DNA of 64,000 nt from assembly GCA_048938105.1 (NCBI GenBank), contig JBHLMN010000023.1:1-64000 (forward strand). Direction: 5' to 3'. Under the pieces are notes generated by a model. It saw nothing but the letters and a program-made list of their open reading frames with translations. It ran no database searches and had not been told where the DNA came from. Each line of letters starts with the position of its first letter. The stretch's first letter is position 1. The stretch comes from Promethearchaeota archaeon (GTDB lineage: Archaea; Asgardarchaeota; Heimdallarchaeia; Hodarchaeales; Hodarchaeaceae). A program made the translations under genes and the position numbers. Below, piece after piece: positions 61,077 through 64,000 of this stretch.

Positions 61077-62030
61077 ATGGCACATTCTTTATTTGAAAAG
61101 AGATTTCTGTTCTTTGGAGGAAAAGGAGGAGTTGGTAAGACCACCATGGCAGCTGCTACAGCTATAAGAGCGGCTGACCGTGAATATCGTACTTTATTAG
61201 TTTCAACAGATCCAGCTCATTCTGTCTCAGATAGTCTAGACCAACGAATTGGAGGGGAGACTTACACAAAAGTGAATAATGTCTCAAATTTATGGGCTAT
61301 CGAGCTGAATACAGAAGAGGCTATGCGGAATTACAGTCAAATTGTAAGTCAACAGGATCCTTCAGGAACTGTTTCAGAATTTCTTGGTGGGGATGATCCT
61401 GCTTCTTTATCCCCACCAGGAGCGGATGAAACAGTAGCATTTATACAGCTGTTAGAATATATTCAAAATCCTGAATATGATATAGTTGTATTTGATACAG
61501 CTCCAACTGGGCATACACTTAAACTGCTTCAACTACCAGAGATGACCCAAAGTTGGTTATATCGACTCATTAAAATGAGACGACGGCTAGGAGGGATGAT
61601 GGCTGGTTTTAAAGCCATTTTTGGGGGAAATTCTGGTACAAGCGAACAAGAAGCCTTTGATAAGCTAGAGGAATTAAGAGACCAAGTAGAAATTGCACGA
61701 GTTCATTTAGCCAATGCAAAAGAAACAGAATTTGTTGCTGTTATGATTCCTACTATAATGGCGATTTGGGAAACAGAACGTCTGATTCGAGCATTGTTTG
61801 AAGTGGCTTTTCCAATATCACAAATCTTTATCAATCAAATCCAGCCTAAAAATCTAGAATGTGCCTATTGTAGAGCAAGATATGGGAGTCAACAGGAGAA
61901 TTTACAAAAAATTCAGGAATTATACTCTGAATTTGACCTAATTGAAATTCCAATGTTTGAATATGAAATTAGAGGTATTGAGCGCCTTCGAGAATTAGGT
62001 CTCTTATTGTACCAAGAAGATTCTAATTGA
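61077..62030 (+). CDS. ArsA/Get3 (TRC40)-family ATPase
   Basis: GKGGVGKTT, STDPAH, DTAPTGHTL, C-terminal CAYC. Confidence 0.92.
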   Translation: MAHSLFEKRFLFFGGKGGVGKTTMAAATAIRAADREYRTLLVSTDPAHSVSDSLDQRIGGETYTKVNNVSNLWAIELNTEEAMRNYSQIVSQQDPSGTVSEFLGGDDPASLSPPGADETVAFIQLLEYIQNPEYDIVVFDTAPTGHTLKLLQLPEMTQSWLYRLIKMRRRLGGMMAGFKAIFGGNSGTSEQEAFDKLEELRDQVEIARVHLANAKETEFVAVMIPTIMAIWETERLIRALFEVAFPISQIFINQIQPKNLECAYCRARYGSQQENLQKIQELYSEFDLIEIPMFEYEIRGIERLRELGLLLYQEDSN

Positions 62031-62046
62031 AGAGAGATATTAGATA

Positions 62047-62646
62047 TTATCCGTCTTCGTCCCAACCTTTCTTAATTCTAGCAAAAGCCTCTTTAAGTTC
62101 CATGTTCATTTGAGCTTTTAAACTCATTGGAGAAGCTCTTGCTGGGGGAGCAGCTGGTTGTGGTGCCGGTGGTTGTCCGAAACTTGGTTGTGGAGCTGGA
62201 GATAAACCAGGTAGAGGGGGAAGACCTGGTGGTGCCGATGGAGAAGAGGGAGGAGAAGTCGGACTTGAGGGGGGAGCCGAAGCCGTTGCTGGAGTTGGGG
62301 GTGTTGGAAGTCCTGGTGGTACACTTGTTGTTGCTGGTGCTGGAGGTGGTACACTTGTTGTTGCTGGTGTTGGAGGTGGTACACTTGTTGTTGCTGGTGT
62401 TGGAGGTGGTACACTTGCTACTGGTGTTGAAAGTGGTCTAGAAGCAGCTGTTACACCTGGGTTTGTTGAAAGTTGATCTACTTTGATAGTTAATTCATCT
62501 AAGCTATTTGCTAAGCTATCTACAATCTCTGCGAGCTGAGACACAAAACCAAAGAACTTTTTTGTCACTTCAATTAATGTTTTTACATTCTGGGACTCAT
62601 CATCACCAAAGAAATCATCTATGTTTTTCATAGACACCAAGAACAC
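62047..62646 (-). CDS. Small coiled-coil/polyproline protein with a C-terminal helix and acidic Trp tail
   Basis: Heptad N-terminus, ~100-aa Pro-rich tract, tail SLKAQMNMELKEAFARIKKGWDEDG. Confidence 0.8.
   Translation of the reverse strand: MFLVSMKNIDDFFGDDESQNVKTLIEVTKKFFGFVSQLAEIVDSLANSLDELTIKVDQLSTNPGVTAASRPLSTPVASVPPPTPATTSVPPPTPATTSVPPPAPATTSVPPGLPTPPTPATASAPPSSPTSPPSSPSAPPGLPPLPGLSPAPQPSFGQPPAPQPAAPPARASPMSLKAQMNMELKEAFARIKKGWDEDG
62311..62417. repeat. 30-bp coding tandem repeat, about 3.5 copies (TSVPPPTPAT)
   Basis: TGGAGGTGGTACACTTGTTGTTGCTGGTGT units at 62311, 62341, 62371 and 62401 (partial). Confidence 0.9.
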
Positions 62647-63022
62647 CTAATCATTTAGAAGGCTGTTTACTAATTATTACTTTAATATAGTGACTCTACA
62701 TTAATAATGAAACTTTTTTTTTGATAATTGCCCTTTTTAAGCCAGATAAATAAGCTTTAAGAGGAAATCTACGTAAGTAAGTCATCCACTATATTCATGG
62801 ATATTTTGAGATTTCATTGTTATAAATAGTTCTGTTCCTTCTCTAGAGAAAATAAGAATTTCTGAATATTTTAACTAGCGCTTAGCTATTAAAATCGTGT
62901 TATCTAAAATACAGATAGATATGCAAAGATGCAACTATATATGGATAATTCAAAGAAATATTGATTGAGATCAAAGAATTATGACTAGAAGAGCGATATA
63001 AGATAGGGTTCTTGTTCCACAA

Positions 63023-63886
63023 TTAAAAACTGGTTTTTTTTTGAAAATTTTTAATATAATCAGTAATTAAGCAAACATCTTTGGTTGCTTTTATATCATG
63101 GGTTCTAATGATATGTGCACCATTCAGTATAGCTACTGTAGTTGCTGCTAATGATCCCCATAATCTTTTTTCAGGAGGAACATTTAGAATTTTGCCAATG
63201 AAGGATTTACGTGATATTCCTACAAGAATACAATGTTTTAATTCACGAAGCTTGGCTAAATTAACGATTAATTTGTAATCGTTTTCTGTCTGTCGTGTAG
63301 TTACCCAACTACCTAAACCAGGGTCAATAATTATTCTCGATTTTTCAATACCTGCATTAACACCTAATTGGATGCTGTTACCAAGTTCAATAAGAACCTC
63401 TTTTATTGAAAATACATCCCCTGGGACTCGACGACAGGCCATTACAATTGCAGAGGCAGAATATTCAGAAACAACATACGGAAGTTTGGGGTCGGATTTA
63501 AACCCAGAAATATCATTAATAATCGTTGTACCTTGGGAGAGAGCATATTCTGCTGTTATCGATGATTGTGTATCAACTGAAATGGGGATATTCAATCCCA
63601 TCTCATTGTAAACCTTAAAGAAATAAGAAAGACGATCTATTTCGGTGGATTCAGAAACTTTTTCCTTACCTTTATATAGAAAAGCTGGGGCGCTGGAAAT
63701 GGCACCTATGTCAATGAAGTCTGCCCCTCCCTCAATTATGTGTTCTAAATAGAACCGAATCTCATCTTCAGACTGTTTAATGCTTCCTTTAAAGAAAGAA
63801 CTTGGTGAAAGATTTATAATTGCCATAAGATGGGTTCTAACACGATCACCAACCTCTATATTACCTAATCGTCCTTTTATTAACAT
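63023..63886 (-). CDS. folP: Dihydropteroate synthase
   Basis: INLSPSSF, IDIGA, ISVDT, INDISG, IDPG, GISRKSFIG, IRTHD. Confidence 0.92.
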   Translation of the reverse strand: MLIKGRLGNIEVGDRVRTHLMAIINLSPSSFFKGSIKQSEDEIRFYLEHIIEGGADFIDIGAISSAPAFLYKGKEKVSESTEIDRLSYFFKVYNEMGLNIPISVDTQSSITAEYALSQGTTIINDISGFKSDPKLPYVVSEYSASAIVMACRRVPGDVFSIKEVLIELGNSIQLGVNAGIEKSRIIIDPGLGSWVTTRQTENDYKLIVNLAKLRELKHCILVGISRKSFIGKILNVPPEKRLWGSLAATTVAILNGAHIIRTHDIKATKDVCLITDYIKNFQKKTSF

Positions 63887-64000
63887 ATTTCCTTACCTTT
63901 TATTGCTTCATTTTAGATTTTCTTTTGAACCAAAGGGGCCCCATGTAAATACAATTGTTTGGGGGAATTTTCATGGTTGAATTGTATTTCTCGCTCTCTC

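Noticed and set aside
62311-62417. 30-bp repeats as a CRISPR array
   Set aside because: Head-to-tail with no spacers, in frame within a Pro-rich CDS, and no cas genes nearby.
62124-62441. PolyQ/His ORF (62124-62414) and Leu/Val-rich ORF (62127-62441)
   Set aside because: Alternative-frame shadows of the polyPro repeat.

Overview
Low-GC archaeal chromosome segment, most likely from an Asgard archaeon (Heimdallarchaeia/Hodarchaeales-like). This is inferred from archaeal information-processing genes together with Rpo8, SmAP3, RPA32/RPA14-like subunits, a TRAP-beta-like protein and several polyproline proteins. Bases 1 to ~19.5 kb form an accessory or defence-like island: a secreted multidomain metzincin, a RING-like finger, RmuC-like and Mrr-like nucleases, a five-gene membrane operon, a multi-TM protein with a HEPN-like RxxxxH tail, and a ClpP-fold protease/antitoxin/Doc operon. 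From ~20 kb onward the genes are mostly housekeeping: rpiA, PINA ATPase, two tRNA-splicing endonuclease subunits, rpl3-4-23-2, atpD, two tRNA-Leu (one with a non-canonical D-loop intron), Sec61beta, archaeosortase, TFB/TBP, nnr, nop5/fibrillarin, TFS, uppS, KEOPS, rps27ae/rps24e, spt4/rpo7, hppA, ndk, Get3/ArsA and folP. The most striking candidate for an undescribed system is a set of three polyproline proteins that share a C-terminal helix motif. Two are tandem 10-TM membrane proteins whose almost invariant tail resembles the WAVE/SCAR WH2 actin-binding motif. The third is a small soluble protein with a WAVE-like layout (coiled coil, polyPro, helix, acidic Trp). Together they could be a membrane-anchored actin-regulating module, or alternatively an ESCRT-adaptor module. 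All homology calls are by eye from recalled family motifs; no searches were run.
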